A DNA stretch of 26,669 bases from a virus (taxonomy: Duplodnaviria > Caudoviricetes), in IMG/VR virus record IMGVR_UViG_3300048080_000144, positions 1 through 26,669 of that record. One strand, given 5' to 3'. The position numbers were made by a program, and so were the translations under genes. Under the pieces are notes generated by a model that was given only the letters and a program-made list of their open reading frames with translations, had not been told where the DNA came from and made no database searches. Of this stretch, positions 8,896 through 18,555 are shown one piece after another; the first letter of the stretch is position 1, and each line of letters starts with the position of its first letter.

Positions 8896-8897
8896 CC

Positions 8898-9380
8898 GTG
8901 GGCGGATTCAGAGAGATCGGGAGCGAGTTCGGCGGCAGTTACGGCGCGGGAACCGGCATGAACATGGACGAGATCCTGCACGTCGCGAACATGCAGATCC
9001 AGGGGCTCTACTCGGTCTATTTCCGGTTGCGGATTCCGACTGGCTTCTCGGCCGGAGTCCCGGAGGCGGGGCACCAGGTCTCGATGACGTTCAAGGAATA
9101 CATGGTGCGCGGATACCTGTACGAGGTCACGCCGAAGGAGGTTTTCCTATCCGGAGGCGCACTTGCGCAGGGAGACATGATCGTCGGATTCGATCCGAGA
9201 ACGGTTCCGGGTGACGTGCCGCTGAAAGGCGGACAAGCGGAGACGGCACGCGAGGGGCTTCGCTTCGTTTTGCGCGAGGACGGCCTGGAATACCGGATCG
9301 TCGGAGAGGCGCAGATCCACCCGCTCGGGACGATTGCGGGGATCGTGGAATTCCAGCTTCGCAAGGTCGGGCGATCCTGA
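8898..9380 (+). CDS. Head closure / stopper-like protein (160 aa)
   Basis: GAGG before GTG 8898 (ATG 8958 is an alternative start). Motif VRGYLYEVTPKE..SGG.LAQGD. Position. Confidence 0.6.
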   Translation: MGGFREIGSEFGGSYGAGTGMNMDEILHVANMQIQGLYSVYFRLRIPTGFSAGVPEAGHQVSMTFKEYMVRGYLYEVTPKEVFLSGGALAQGDMIVGFDPRTVPGDVPLKGGQAETAREGLRFVLREDGLEYRIVGEAQIHPLGTIAGIVEFQLRKVGRS

Positions 9381-9889
9381 TGGGCTACAGCCTCTCGATC
9401 GACCTTTCGGGCGTAGAGGAGGTCCGGAGACTGGTCAACCCGAAGCAGCTTGTCGACGACATGGCGGTCCTGCACCGGAAGCTTTCGCTGATGCTGCTCG
9501 CGTACATAATCAAGACAATGCCGGTGGATACGGGACGAGCCCGGGCTGGCTGGCTCGCGCTGATGGACAAACACGGGATCTCGGGCGATCGGTACGTCCA
9601 ACACGGGGCCGGTAGCACCGATGCGCGATCGGTATCCGAAGGCCGAAGGGCTGGCGAGATCCTGAGCGACCGGCCGCTCGACATCTCGGTCGCGAACACG
9701 GTCAAATATGTGGAGTACCTGGAAAAGGGCACCAGCCGCATGACGGGCTTCGCGTTCGTCCAGAAGGGGATCGACCGAGCCCGTACACACTCGATCCGCC
9801 TGCTCGACGCCTACGTTGCGAAGAAAGTGCAGGATGCGCTCGAATCTTGGAACGACGATCCAGAGACCGACCCGGGGCCGATCCGATGA
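9380..9889 (+). CDS. HK97 gp10-like tail completion / neck protein
   Basis: Motifs MPVDTGRARAGW and NTVKYVEYLEKGTSRM. Confidence 0.88.
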   Translation: MGYSLSIDLSGVEEVRRLVNPKQLVDDMAVLHRKLSLMLLAYIIKTMPVDTGRARAGWLALMDKHGISGDRYVQHGAGSTDARSVSEGRRAGEILSDRPLDISVANTVKYVEYLEKGTSRMTGFAFVQKGIDRARTHSIRLLDAYVAKKVQDALESWNDDPETDPGPIR

Positions 9890-10494
9890 GCGTCGCGCTT
9901 CCGGAGGCGGGCCGGTACAACGTCCGGTCGAGTTTCGAGAAGTGGCTGAAGGACAGCGTTGTCACGGGATCGCTGGTCCAAGGCTCCCTCACAAGCGCCT
10001 TTCTCTACTCGCTCCAATTCCAGAAGCCGATCCGGGAAGCCGACATCTCGGCCGGAAAGGTCGTGGTCTGCGCGACCGACCTCGGAGACGCCGGTCCAGA
10101 CTCCGTTGACGTGGACGACCTGATCTCGACGGAATCGAACGGGACAAGGAATTTCGGCAAACGCGAGAACCTGCTGATGCAGATAGAGATTTGGGGGTCG
10201 TCGGCGGTCTCGGCCGACATGGACGCCCGAATCCTACGGATGCGCGATCTGATCCACCTTTCGCTGCGTAACTCGGGTCGGCTGAATCCATCGACCGGCC
10301 TCTACATCGTGCCGCGCATGTTGATCTACGATTTCACGGGAAGCGTGTCGGTACCCGTCGCCACGAACAATTTCCTGCAACGCGACAGGGACGCGGGCGT
10401 CGTGATAGATTCCATGCCACAAGACCCGGAACACCCGGAATGGCGAGCCTGGCGAATCCTGGCCCGCCTCTGGTGGAACGGGTTCAACTCGTAA
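9886..10494 (+). CDS. Tail terminator-like protein (202 aa)
   Basis: ATGA-coupled. Lies between the gp10-like and major tail genes. LMQIEIW strand. Confidence 0.6.
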   Translation: MSVALPEAGRYNVRSSFEKWLKDSVVTGSLVQGSLTSAFLYSLQFQKPIREADISAGKVVVCATDLGDAGPDSVDVDDLISTESNGTRNFGKRENLLMQIEIWGSSAVSADMDARILRMRDLIHLSLRNSGRLNPSTGLYIVPRMLIYDFTGSVSVPVATNNFLQRDRDAGVVIDSMPQDPEHPEWRAWRILARLWWNGFNS

Positions 10495-10510
10495 CCGAGG
10501 AGGGAAGCCA

Positions 10511-11665
10511 ATGTCAGCAGCCCAAGTTTCCACCGGACAGCGCGGTTCGGTCGATCTCATCACGAAGTCTCACGGGCCATTGCGAGCGGGCCTGGTTCGA
10601 TCCTGGGAACCAGCGCCGGACATCGCGCAGAAGTCGCTCGGGGAAATCGGGACGGTCGGCCATGTGACCGTGTTCAACATCGACAACGGCGTCGCGGGCA
10701 AACTCAGCTACGCCGAGAAGAACGCCCGCGAGATCGAGGCGGGCATGATGAACATGGAAGTCTCGCCCGGTTCCTCGCCCGAGGCGATCCAGATGGATCA
10801 CACGAGGATGGAGCGGTTCTCGCTCCTGATCCGCCAGAAGCCGGAACACGACGACGTTGTGTTCGCGGCGAAGTACGTCTACGGCTGCTTGGCCGCGCCC
10901 CCGGCATCGCCGGTGGTGGTGGACGATGCCATGATGCGCGAGATGAGTTTCCGCGCGCTTCGTATCGTCGAAATCAAAGGCATGGACATTCGGCACGCCA
11001 GGGTTCGTACCGCCCCTGTGACCGGACCTCTCTCGACGCCAGCGGTTCCGACGCTGCTCGAAGCGGCCGGAGGAACACTGACCACCGGCGATGTCGTCTA
11101 CGTCCGAACCGCGATGATTAACGCGGTCGTGACAGCGCCAACGGTTCCGGACCTGACGACCCCTCTCACCAGGGCCTCGGCGGAAGTCGCGGAGCCAATC
11201 GGCGTTGCCTCGCGAAAGGTCACGGTCACCGTTTCCGCCGTCCCGGCGGGACAAACGCTCGCGATCTACGTGGGGCGGTTCTCCGGCGGGGAGACGTTCT
11301 ACGGATACATCGCGGCGGCCGGAACGACGATCGACATCACCGACTACCCGGACCCGACGAATCCGACGCCGCCCCGGAGCAACACGACGGCTGCGTTTCA
11401 AACGGTCGAGGATCTCATCTTCGGCGGCACGAACGAGGGATTCGGGAATTCCGTGGACCTGACCTTCCTCGGCGGGAAGCCCGCAAGGACGATCATTCCT
11501 TCGGGCCTCAAGTACATGGCTTGCCTGAAGAACGGGATTCTCACGCCGTTCTCTGGCGATCGGTCCAGCGAGTTCCTCTTCAGTTCGACGGGGAACACGT
11601 TCGCGCTGAATGCCGCCCCGACCGACCGGGACGTTTGGGATCTGTTCTTCCCCGTCAACCCGTAA
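10511..11665 (+). CDS. Major tail (tube) protein with C-terminal accessory beta domain(s)
   Basis: RBS CCGAGGAGG. Directly upstream of the chaperone and tape measure. Tube-sized N-terminal ~170 aa. Confidence 0.75.
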   Translation: MSAAQVSTGQRGSVDLITKSHGPLRAGLVRSWEPAPDIAQKSLGEIGTVGHVTVFNIDNGVAGKLSYAEKNAREIEAGMMNMEVSPGSSPEAIQMDHTRMERFSLLIRQKPEHDDVVFAAKYVYGCLAAPPASPVVVDDAMMREMSFRALRIVEIKGMDIRHARVRTAPVTGPLSTPAVPTLLEAAGGTLTTGDVVYVRTAMINAVVTAPTVPDLTTPLTRASAEVAEPIGVASRKVTVTVSAVPAGQTLAIYVGRFSGGETFYGYIAAAGTTIDITDYPDPTNPTPPRSNTTAAFQTVEDLIFGGTNEGFGNSVDLTFLGGKPARTIIPSGLKYMACLKNGILTPFSGDRSSEFLFSSTGNTFALNAAPTDRDVWDLFFPVNP

Positions 11666-11675
11666 GGAGGGACCG

Positions 11676-12188
11676 ATGGACAACCAGACACAGGACGCAA
11701 GCGCGGGGATGGAGAAGCTCCTGCGGAACCTGATCGTGTTCGACGACCCGGAGATCGAGGAAGCGGCGAAGCGGCTGGAAGATCAGGCGGTCGATCAGGA
11801 AAAGCAAGGGGGGCCGCAAATCGGGACGATGAACCGGCACCGCGCCGAGTTCTACCGCAAGAACATCAAGGGCGCGGAGATCCACAAGTTGACGTACCGA
11901 GGGGAATGGGTCGTGAAGCTCGATGTGAGAGCGGCGGCGGCGGTAGCGAAGGACTACGAACCGGCGGTCAAGCAGGCGTTCCTTCAGGACGTCTACCTCC
12001 GATCGTTCGTGAAGGCGTGCCTCCGGGTGCCGAAAAAGGGCGGGAAGGTCGCGCTCCTCACGGATGACGACGCCTCGAATCTGGACGAGCTGCTCGCGCT
12101 CGCGATCTTCACGGCGTACAACGGGGCGTTCGTGCTCACGGCGGACGAACTCCCAAAAGCACCGGCTCCCCCCTCTACGTCGAGCTAG
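11676..12188 (+). CDS. Tail assembly chaperone (gpG analogue, 170 aa)
   Basis: SD TAAGGAGG. Position. In-frame slippery heptamer C CCA AAA near the 3' end. Confidence 0.8.
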   Translation: MDNQTQDASAGMEKLLRNLIVFDDPEIEEAAKRLEDQAVDQEKQGGPQIGTMNRHRAEFYRKNIKGAEIHKLTYRGEWVVKLDVRAAAAVAKDYEPAVKQAFLQDVYLRSFVKACLRVPKKGGKVALLTDDDASNLDELLALAIFTAYNGAFVLTADELPKAPAPPSTSS

Positions 12189-12388
12189 TTTCGCTCTCGA
12201 AGATCGCGGGGGAGCTGCACCAGCCGATGTTCGAGGGCGCGGCACTAGACGCCCCGTCCGAGTGGGTCCGGGTAATGGATCGCGTCTTGGGAATCCAGTT
12301 GTCGCAGCGGAACGGCGTTTCGGTCGTCGCGAACATCCGAGGACCGAACCCGCACCGCGTCTACAACAGCGACCCGGAGCCGGAGTAG
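12152..12388 (+). CDS. -1 frameshift extension of the tail chaperone (gpT analogue; gpGT about 237 aa)
   Basis: CCCAAAA at 12152-12158. The -1 frame reads STGSPLYVELV...MFEGAALDAPSEWV...DPEPE to TAG 12386-12388, ending 3 nt before the tape measure start. Confidence 0.8.
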   Translation, partial: PKSTGSPLYVELVSLSKIAGELHQPMFEGAALDAPSEWVRVMDRVLGIQLSQRNGVSVVANIRGPNPHRVYNSDPEPE

Positions 12389-12391
12389 CCC

Positions 12392-13804
12392 GTGGGCGAC
12401 GGCCTCGTACTGAACATCAAGAGCCGGTGGGATGCCTCCGGCGCAACGGCTGCGACGGCCGCAACGGAGCGGATTGTCGGGTCCACCGGCAAGGCGACAG
12501 ACGCCGCCAAGAAGATGGGCGAGGAGTTCGTCCAATCCGACATCCGAATGAGGCGGGTCGAGATGGCGACCAGAGCACTTGCTCCCGCGCTCGGGATGGC
12601 GGCATCGGGGGGTCTGACGATGGCGAGCGGAGCGCAAGCGGCAAGCATTGCCGTTGGTTTCCTCGGGAACGCCGTTCGATTCGCCTCGGGTCCAATCGGA
12701 ATCGCGTTCACGGTCGCGACAGCCCTGGGATCGGCCTACCTAGCGATGGCCGGAAACGCGGAGCAGGCGAAGACAAAAACCGCAGAGTTGACGATCGCCA
12801 CACAGGCATTCAGCACGGCCGCACGCGAGGCGTTGAATATCCAAGGAGAGGACGAGGACGCGCTGCGGAGAGGACTCGTCGCCAGGTCGCGGCTAAGTGC
12901 CATGACCGACGAGGCCGTGATCTTGCTTCGCCAAAAGACCGAAGCCCAACTCGCCGACATCGAGACCCAAGCCCTATCCATCGTGGTTTCGGGAACGCTT
13001 CGCGGCAGGGTCGTAGACGAGGCATCGGCACTGCAAGCTGTGACGCTGCTGTGGAACCAACACAAGGCTGTTCTGGCGGGACTAGCGCCACGGCTTGCAG
13101 AGATCGCGGAAAAGGAAAAGACGACCGCCGAACTCACGAAGCGGGAAACGCAGACCGCGATAGACGCGCAGATCAAGGGTCTGGACAATCTGATGAAGAA
13201 ACGGCTCGTGGTGGACGACATCGAGACCGACGCGCGCAACAAACGCTTCGTCGCAACGAAACGAACCGAGCAAGAGATCTTGGCGCTTCGGCTGCAAAAC
13301 GCGCGTGCCTCCGCTGGCGTAGCGGGCGCGCTGGCTGGCTACCTGGAAACGACGGGGCAGGCCAGCTTCGAGACGATCAAGAGACTTCGCTACGCCGAAG
13401 CGATCGTCAATATTGCGGCGGGCGTGACGCACGCGCTCGCGAGTGAAAATTACATCGGGGCGATTGCGGTTGCCGCAATGGGAGCGATCCAGATCGCCAC
13501 GATCGCCCAGACCAGTCCGGCCGGAGGAGGAAGTGTCACCGCACCATCGGGGGCGCTTTCGTCTGGACCGGGCGCAGGCGCGGCACCGGGGCCTGGTGCA
13601 GGAGGCCAGACCTTTCTCGGAGGAGCGGGCGCTGGGGCTGGCGGCGGACTCGCGGGAGCCACGATCACCGTACACGCGGACTTCTACATCCAGACGCTTG
13701 ACGTGGGATCCGTCTCCGATGCGGCATGGAAGCGGATTGTCAGGAAGATCGCGGATGGATTGGCATTCGAACTGAACGGACTGCGGAACAGCTTCGGAGG
13801 GTAG
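12392..13804 (+). CDS. Tape measure protein (short, 470 aa)
   Basis: Ala-rich helical protein after the chaperone. Motifs GPIGIAF and AVAAMGAIQIATIAQ, Gly-rich linker near the C-terminus. Confidence 0.85.
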   Translation: MGDGLVLNIKSRWDASGATAATAATERIVGSTGKATDAAKKMGEEFVQSDIRMRRVEMATRALAPALGMAASGGLTMASGAQAASIAVGFLGNAVRFASGPIGIAFTVATALGSAYLAMAGNAEQAKTKTAELTIATQAFSTAAREALNIQGEDEDALRRGLVARSRLSAMTDEAVILLRQKTEAQLADIETQALSIVVSGTLRGRVVDEASALQAVTLLWNQHKAVLAGLAPRLAEIAEKEKTTAELTKRETQTAIDAQIKGLDNLMKKRLVVDDIETDARNKRFVATKRTEQEILALRLQNARASAGVAGALAGYLETTGQASFETIKRLRYAEAIVNIAAGVTHALASENYIGAIAVAAMGAIQIATIAQTSPAGGGSVTAPSGALSSGPGAGAAPGPGAGGQTFLGGAGAGAGGGLAGATITVHADFYIQTLDVGSVSDAAWKRIVRKIADGLAFELNGLRNSFGG

Positions 13805-13807
13805 CCG

Positions 13808-14494
13808 GTGGGATTCGCTGCGGACGGTCGGAACCTGCTGTACGGATTGGAACTCGCGGTACCGAGTGCGCCGACCGCGTTCCTGCGGTTGCCGAACGTC
13901 ATGGTCTCGATCAACACGAAGGACCGGCAGGTAGTAGCGGAGCAGGCGAACCTCGCGGCCGACTTGAAGCAAACGTATTTGAAAACGCTCGCGCCGGATG
14001 TTTCCGTGGATCTCGACGGATTGACCGAGGTCGAGCTGGCGATCTGGCGCAGCCTTCAGACGTCGCCCAGCGAGTTCTACCTGCTGCGAGTGAAACGGAT
14101 CGAGCGGATCTTCGCGCAACCGTCGATCGTGCAGGAACTCACCCCGGGCGTCTTTACCTGCGTCGTTCCGCATTCGTCCTACACGCTCGGGAGCAAGCGG
14201 AGCGTGGACGGGGGCGGCCCGAGCCTCTTGTCGAACTTCAAGATCAGCGCCGGGTGGACGAACGCCTACGAGGACAACCCTACGGCCGGACCTGGGAATT
14301 TCTTCACGTCCTACGCGGACACGACGGAGATCGCTACGCTCAACGCGGCCTTCGCTCCGCCATCAGGATCGGTCTGCTACGTCAATTATTCGGCCTCGGC
14401 GTGGCTCGCCAAGATGACGCCCGGCATGTCCTGGAATCCGTACAGCAGCGCATCGGATCGCCATGCGGGCAGCGTGACCTTCGAGGGCGCTTAA
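13808..14494 (+). CDS. Distal tail protein-like (228 aa)
   Basis: SD GGAGG before GTG. Position directly after the tape measure. C-terminal GSVTFEG. Confidence 0.6.
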   Translation: MGFAADGRNLLYGLELAVPSAPTAFLRLPNVMVSINTKDRQVVAEQANLAADLKQTYLKTLAPDVSVDLDGLTEVELAIWRSLQTSPSEFYLLRVKRIERIFAQPSIVQELTPGVFTCVVPHSSYTLGSKRSVDGGGPSLLSNFKISAGWTNAYEDNPTAGPGNFFTSYADTTEIATLNAAFAPPSGSVCYVNYSASAWLAKMTPGMSWNPYSSASDRHAGSVTFEGA

Positions 14495-17400
14495 GTGGCT
14501 TTCCCGATATCGGCCTCCTTTGAGGCACAGAGAACCGCCGACGCGAACACCATGCGCTCGCGCGTGAAACTGCTGGACGGCGACCTGTTCGGCGCGGCGG
14601 AAGGTGGCACGGCGGATTCCTTGGCCGTGAGTACGGTCCCGGCCGACGACAGCGTATTCGATTCCCTCCTCTCGGACGCCGACGACTTGCTGGACGGCAT
14701 CCGCAATCACCGGAACTTCGGAGACGCCGAGGAGATTGGGTCGGGCCGGGGCTGGAAGGGCGGACAGAAAACCGGCCTGGCCGGTGTGATGGCAGGCGTA
14801 CTCGTCCGCAACCTCGATGCGCCCGTGGACGGCACGAAGAACAACAACGTCGGCGCGGGGAAGAAGCTGGCCGAACGGTTCCGGGCTCCGACTCCCGGCA
14901 CGGTGACGGTGGATCTGCCGCAGATCGCGATGCGATTGGCCCCGAATGGAACTCCGGCCGTGACGACGATCGCGATCCAGGCCGACGCCGCCGGTCTGCC
15001 GTCCGGGATAACGCTGTTCAGCGCGACGATCAACCCGGCCGATTCCGTGAACGGGTTCGTCTACGTGAACATCGGTGCGACCTTACTCACGCCAGGAAAT
15101 CACTACTGGATCGTCATGGATACCCTCGGGGCGGTGGCGAACCACTGGCTCTGGTCGTTCGTCAACAGTTCGACCGCCACCGAATTCGCGGCCGAGTTCT
15201 CGGGAGCGGGGCCGTGGGTCGCGCAGACGTACCGGCTGCACTACCGGACCATCTTCGATTGGACCGGGCAGCAGCGACAAGAGCGGATCAACACGTTCTT
15301 CGATTCGCAGAGAGTGAACCGCATCCGCATCTACAGCTACCCGAGCAGCCGCACCGTCACCGGCCAGGGGATCGAGAAGTTCAAGATCTACTGGCGAGTC
15401 GGGGGCGTGTACGTGGCCGCCACCGGAGTCACGGTCAAGGCCAGCGACTACGGCAACGCCGAGGCGGCCGTGGTGGTGGTCGGCAACGATCTCACCAGCT
15501 CGACCGCGAGCTTCTTCGACATCTCGACCGACACGGTGACGGCCGATTCGTTTCGGATCGAGATTCTGAGGACGCAGACCGGGTTCGACTTCGCGCGACT
15601 GATTGCGATCGAGGGCTTCGAGACGATCGACATCACCGATCGCGTTCTGTCCTACGACATGAGCCTGAAGCGAGACACGTTTTTCGAGATCGACCAGGCT
15701 CGCTACGTCTCCATGGGGTGCTGGAACGGAGACCGTTTCTTCTCTCCGCAATACCTGCCGACCAGCGCGCAGGTGACGGCCGGATTCAGAAACGCCGACA
15801 TGCGCCCGGACTTGGAGGTCCAGATCGAGGAGGGATTCCCGTCTGAAATGGTCCCGATCGGGACGTTCTACCTGGACAAGATCACGGTGGCCCCTCGGGG
15901 CAGGAGGGCCACACTTCCGGGCCGAGACTTTCAAAAGTATTTCGACGGCCCGAAACTCTCCGAGAGCGAGTTCCGCGCGGCCCGTGTCGAGGATCTGATC
16001 GAGTTGATGGGGAATCGCGCGAACTGGTCGTCGAGTCGCATGGTCCTCGCAAAGACGGAATCGTTCGTGCCGTTCTTCTTCCCGGCCGGGACGACCATCC
16101 GCGAGGAGATCGAAGAGTTGGCGGAGGCCGCGCCGTTCGCCACGGTCCGATTCGATGAAGTCGGCACGATGCGGATGATTTCGTTCCTGCCGTCCACGAG
16201 CGCGATCGGTCCGTTCCAGATCGGATCGAACCTGGACTCGCTGGACGTGGGCGACCAGTTTCGCTCGCACGCGCTGATCTCGGGCGAGAAGGCTTATTTC
16301 TCGGCGTTGGAGCCTGCGGGCGGAGTTCAGAACGTGGAGATCATCGAGTACGACATCCCGACCAGGGCCGTGCGGGTCATCCTCTCGCAACCGTTCGGGG
16401 TAGATGACGAGCTGTTCTCGCACCTGACGCTGGACGGAGCGGGAAACTTCTACTGCGCGCGACACGAGACCCTCTACAAGGTGAATTTGACGACCCTGGC
16501 GGTGACTTCTCTTCTCCTGACAACGGTGATTGCGACGTTCAACAATGTGTCGTTTCTCTGCGACCGGAGCGAGATCGTCTCGGGCATCTGGTACTTCGCG
16601 GGATTGGACAACATCATCGCCGGGACGCCCGAGAAGCTGTTCAGAATCGCGACCTCGCTGGCCGGAGGAACGCTTGTCACGATAGGCGCGATCCAGCCCG
16701 GAACGGCGCTACTCGTCTCCAAAATCATGCGCTGGAATCCGAGCGTTACGCTGGACCGACTCATGTTTTCGTGGGAGCCCGGCACAGCCCCGACGAACAC
16801 GCACTACAACCTTTTGACGGCCGCGCTTGGAAGCGATGGCGTGAACCGGATCGGCGTCACGACGGACGGAACGCTTCTGTACGAGCAGACGAGCGGGAAC
16901 GTGCTGCGGAGTCGGACCGAAGGCGGGACGCTGGTTACGCTCGATCCTTCCGTGCCAGCGAAGCCGGGGAACCAGAACGGAGTCGGGATCGGATTCGCTG
17001 CCGGTCGAATCTGGCAGGTACGGCGGGACGCCTCGCTCTCGCACAACAACATTCTCCGGGTCACGAATCCGCTTGATCTCTCGATCTACGAGCAGGACTT
17101 GGCTCCGGGATTCCAGCGCAGCATCGTGGCCGAGGACTATCTGACCGGACGGATCGGACTCGTGGAACAGGACAGCGAGACGGTGCCGCCCTTCCGCAAG
17201 CTCTACTTCCGCGTCATTCAGGGACCGAACGCGCCGGTCGCGGAGTCGATCACGGTGGCATGGAATACGGAACTCCTGGAAGCGCAGTACGAAAAGACGT
17301 CGGAGCGCGGCGGACAGTCGATTGTTCTGACCGGCATTCGATGGATCTTCAACCCGGTCATTCTCGGCGTGGCGACGACGGTGTGGAGGATGACACAGAA

Positions 17401-18253
17401 CGGGCAGGAGCTTTCGACAAGCAACACCTTCCTTCTGCCCGTCGGAACCGACATCGACCTATCGGAAGGCGACGTCGGAGGCCCGGCCTACAAGCCGGGT
17501 CGCCGGAGGGCCGGAAGCCACAGCATCGTGGACTCGGATTTCGCGGGATTCATCTGTCCGACGAACACGCCCGGCGCAACGGCAACCGGAACTTCGGTGA
17601 GCGCGACGACCGGGATCACGCAGTTCGGAGCAGCGACGAGCCACGCTTTGCCAGCGGGCGAGCCAAGCATCGCGATCCCGCAACACGTCGTCTGGTCGGG
17701 AACGGGCGGCCAGATGCTCGCGTTTCTCTATCCTCACCCGACCAGCCCTCGACTTCTTCTTCGGCATTCGTCGGGGGCCGACGTCACGCTCTCCAGATTG
17801 GAGATCAGGGCGCTTCCCTATTTCCGGGCCGGGATGCAGGTAGTCGAAGTTCTCGGGACCGAGGTTCTCTCGGACGGGGCTCTGATACTCACGCGTCACG
17901 GCGAAAACGTGAAGGAGATCCAGAACGACTACATCAGCGACACGACGCTGCTGAAACTGGCCGCGACCGAGGCGCTGCGTTTGCTCGGGCGACCGCAGAT
18001 CCAGTTTACGGGCGTCGAGATCCGACCGAGCCCACAGATCGGCTTGGAAGATTTGGCGCGCTGCATCGAGCCCGAGTCCGGCGTCGACATGAAATTCCTG
18101 ATCGTCGGGATCGGGCAGAGCTTCAGCGGAGGAAAGTCGAGTCCGAGCGTCAAGACGACAATGGACTTGCTCGCGTTGCCGGTGACTTCCACGCAGGGAT
18201 TCGGGCAGGTTCCGAATCCGCCACCCGCCCAATTCGGGCCGGTGTCCGATTGA
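14495..18253 (+). CDS. Tail tip / baseplate hub protein, multidomain (1252 aa)
   Basis: Hub-like segments DITDRVLSY, VPIGTFYLD, TIREEIEELAEA..FDEVG and HGENVKEIQNDYI..PQIGLED, with extra beta domains. Confidence 0.8.
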   Translation: MAFPISASFEAQRTADANTMRSRVKLLDGDLFGAAEGGTADSLAVSTVPADDSVFDSLLSDADDLLDGIRNHRNFGDAEEIGSGRGWKGGQKTGLAGVMAGVLVRNLDAPVDGTKNNNVGAGKKLAERFRAPTPGTVTVDLPQIAMRLAPNGTPAVTTIAIQADAAGLPSGITLFSATINPADSVNGFVYVNIGATLLTPGNHYWIVMDTLGAVANHWLWSFVNSSTATEFAAEFSGAGPWVAQTYRLHYRTIFDWTGQQRQERINTFFDSQRVNRIRIYSYPSSRTVTGQGIEKFKIYWRVGGVYVAATGVTVKASDYGNAEAAVVVVGNDLTSSTASFFDISTDTVTADSFRIEILRTQTGFDFARLIAIEGFETIDITDRVLSYDMSLKRDTFFEIDQARYVSMGCWNGDRFFSPQYLPTSAQVTAGFRNADMRPDLEVQIEEGFPSEMVPIGTFYLDKITVAPRGRRATLPGRDFQKYFDGPKLSESEFRAARVEDLIELMGNRANWSSSRMVLAKTESFVPFFFPAGTTIREEIEELAEAAPFATVRFDEVGTMRMISFLPSTSAIGPFQIGSNLDSLDVGDQFRSHALISGEKAYFSALEPAGGVQNVEIIEYDIPTRAVRVILSQPFGVDDELFSHLTLDGAGNFYCARHETLYKVNLTTLAVTSLLLTTVIATFNNVSFLCDRSEIVSGIWYFAGLDNIIAGTPEKLFRIATSLAGGTLVTIGAIQPGTALLVSKIMRWNPSVTLDRLMFSWEPGTAPTNTHYNLLTAALGSDGVNRIGVTTDGTLLYEQTSGNVLRSRTEGGTLVTLDPSVPAKPGNQNGVGIGFAAGRIWQVRRDASLSHNNILRVTNPLDLSIYEQDLAPGFQRSIVAEDYLTGRIGLVEQDSETVPPFRKLYFRVIQGPNAPVAESITVAWNTELLEAQYEKTSERGGQSIVLTGIRWIFNPVILGVATTVWRMTQNGQELSTSNTFLLPVGTDIDLSEGDVGGPAYKPGRRRAGSHSIVDSDFAGFICPTNTPGATATGTSVSATTGITQFGAATSHALPAGEPSIAIPQHVVWSGTGGQMLAFLYPHPTSPRLLLRHSSGADVTLSRLEIRALPYFRAGMQVVEVLGTEVLSDGALILTRHGENVKEIQNDYISDTTLLKLAATEALRLLGRPQIQFTGVEIRPSPQIGLEDLARCIEPESGVDMKFLIVGIGQSFSGGKSSPSVKTTMDLLALPVTSTQGFGQVPNPPPAQFGPVSD

Positions 18254-18555
18254 GTGAGAGCCACTTCCATTCGTTCGGGGAAGTCCCGTTCCTCGAAGTC
18301 TCGGCCGAGCCGCCGCTCGGCAAGGAGACATCCCTCTACAACGACGACGGGACGGTGCAGAAGATCCAGACCTACCGCGACGCGGCAGGGACCATGCTGG
18401 CGACCGTCGAGATCTACAGTTACGACCCGGACGGGATTCTGCTTTCGATCCGCACGGACTTCTACGACGACGCGGGTCTCGTGATCGTGAACACGTTCAC
18501 CGCGACCGTCGCGTACAATGCCGACGGTTCGTTCGCCTCGGAGGTCAACGCGTGA
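18250..18555 (+). CDS. Small protein with YD/RHS-like repeats (101 aa)
   Basis: TTG overlapping the previous stop (TTGA). Repeats YNDDG, YRDAAG, YDPDG, YDDAG and YNADG. Confidence 0.65.
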   Translation: MSESHFHSFGEVPFLEVSAEPPLGKETSLYNDDGTVQKIQTYRDAAGTMLATVEIYSYDPDGILLSIRTDFYDDAGLVIVNTFTATVAYNADGSFASEVNA

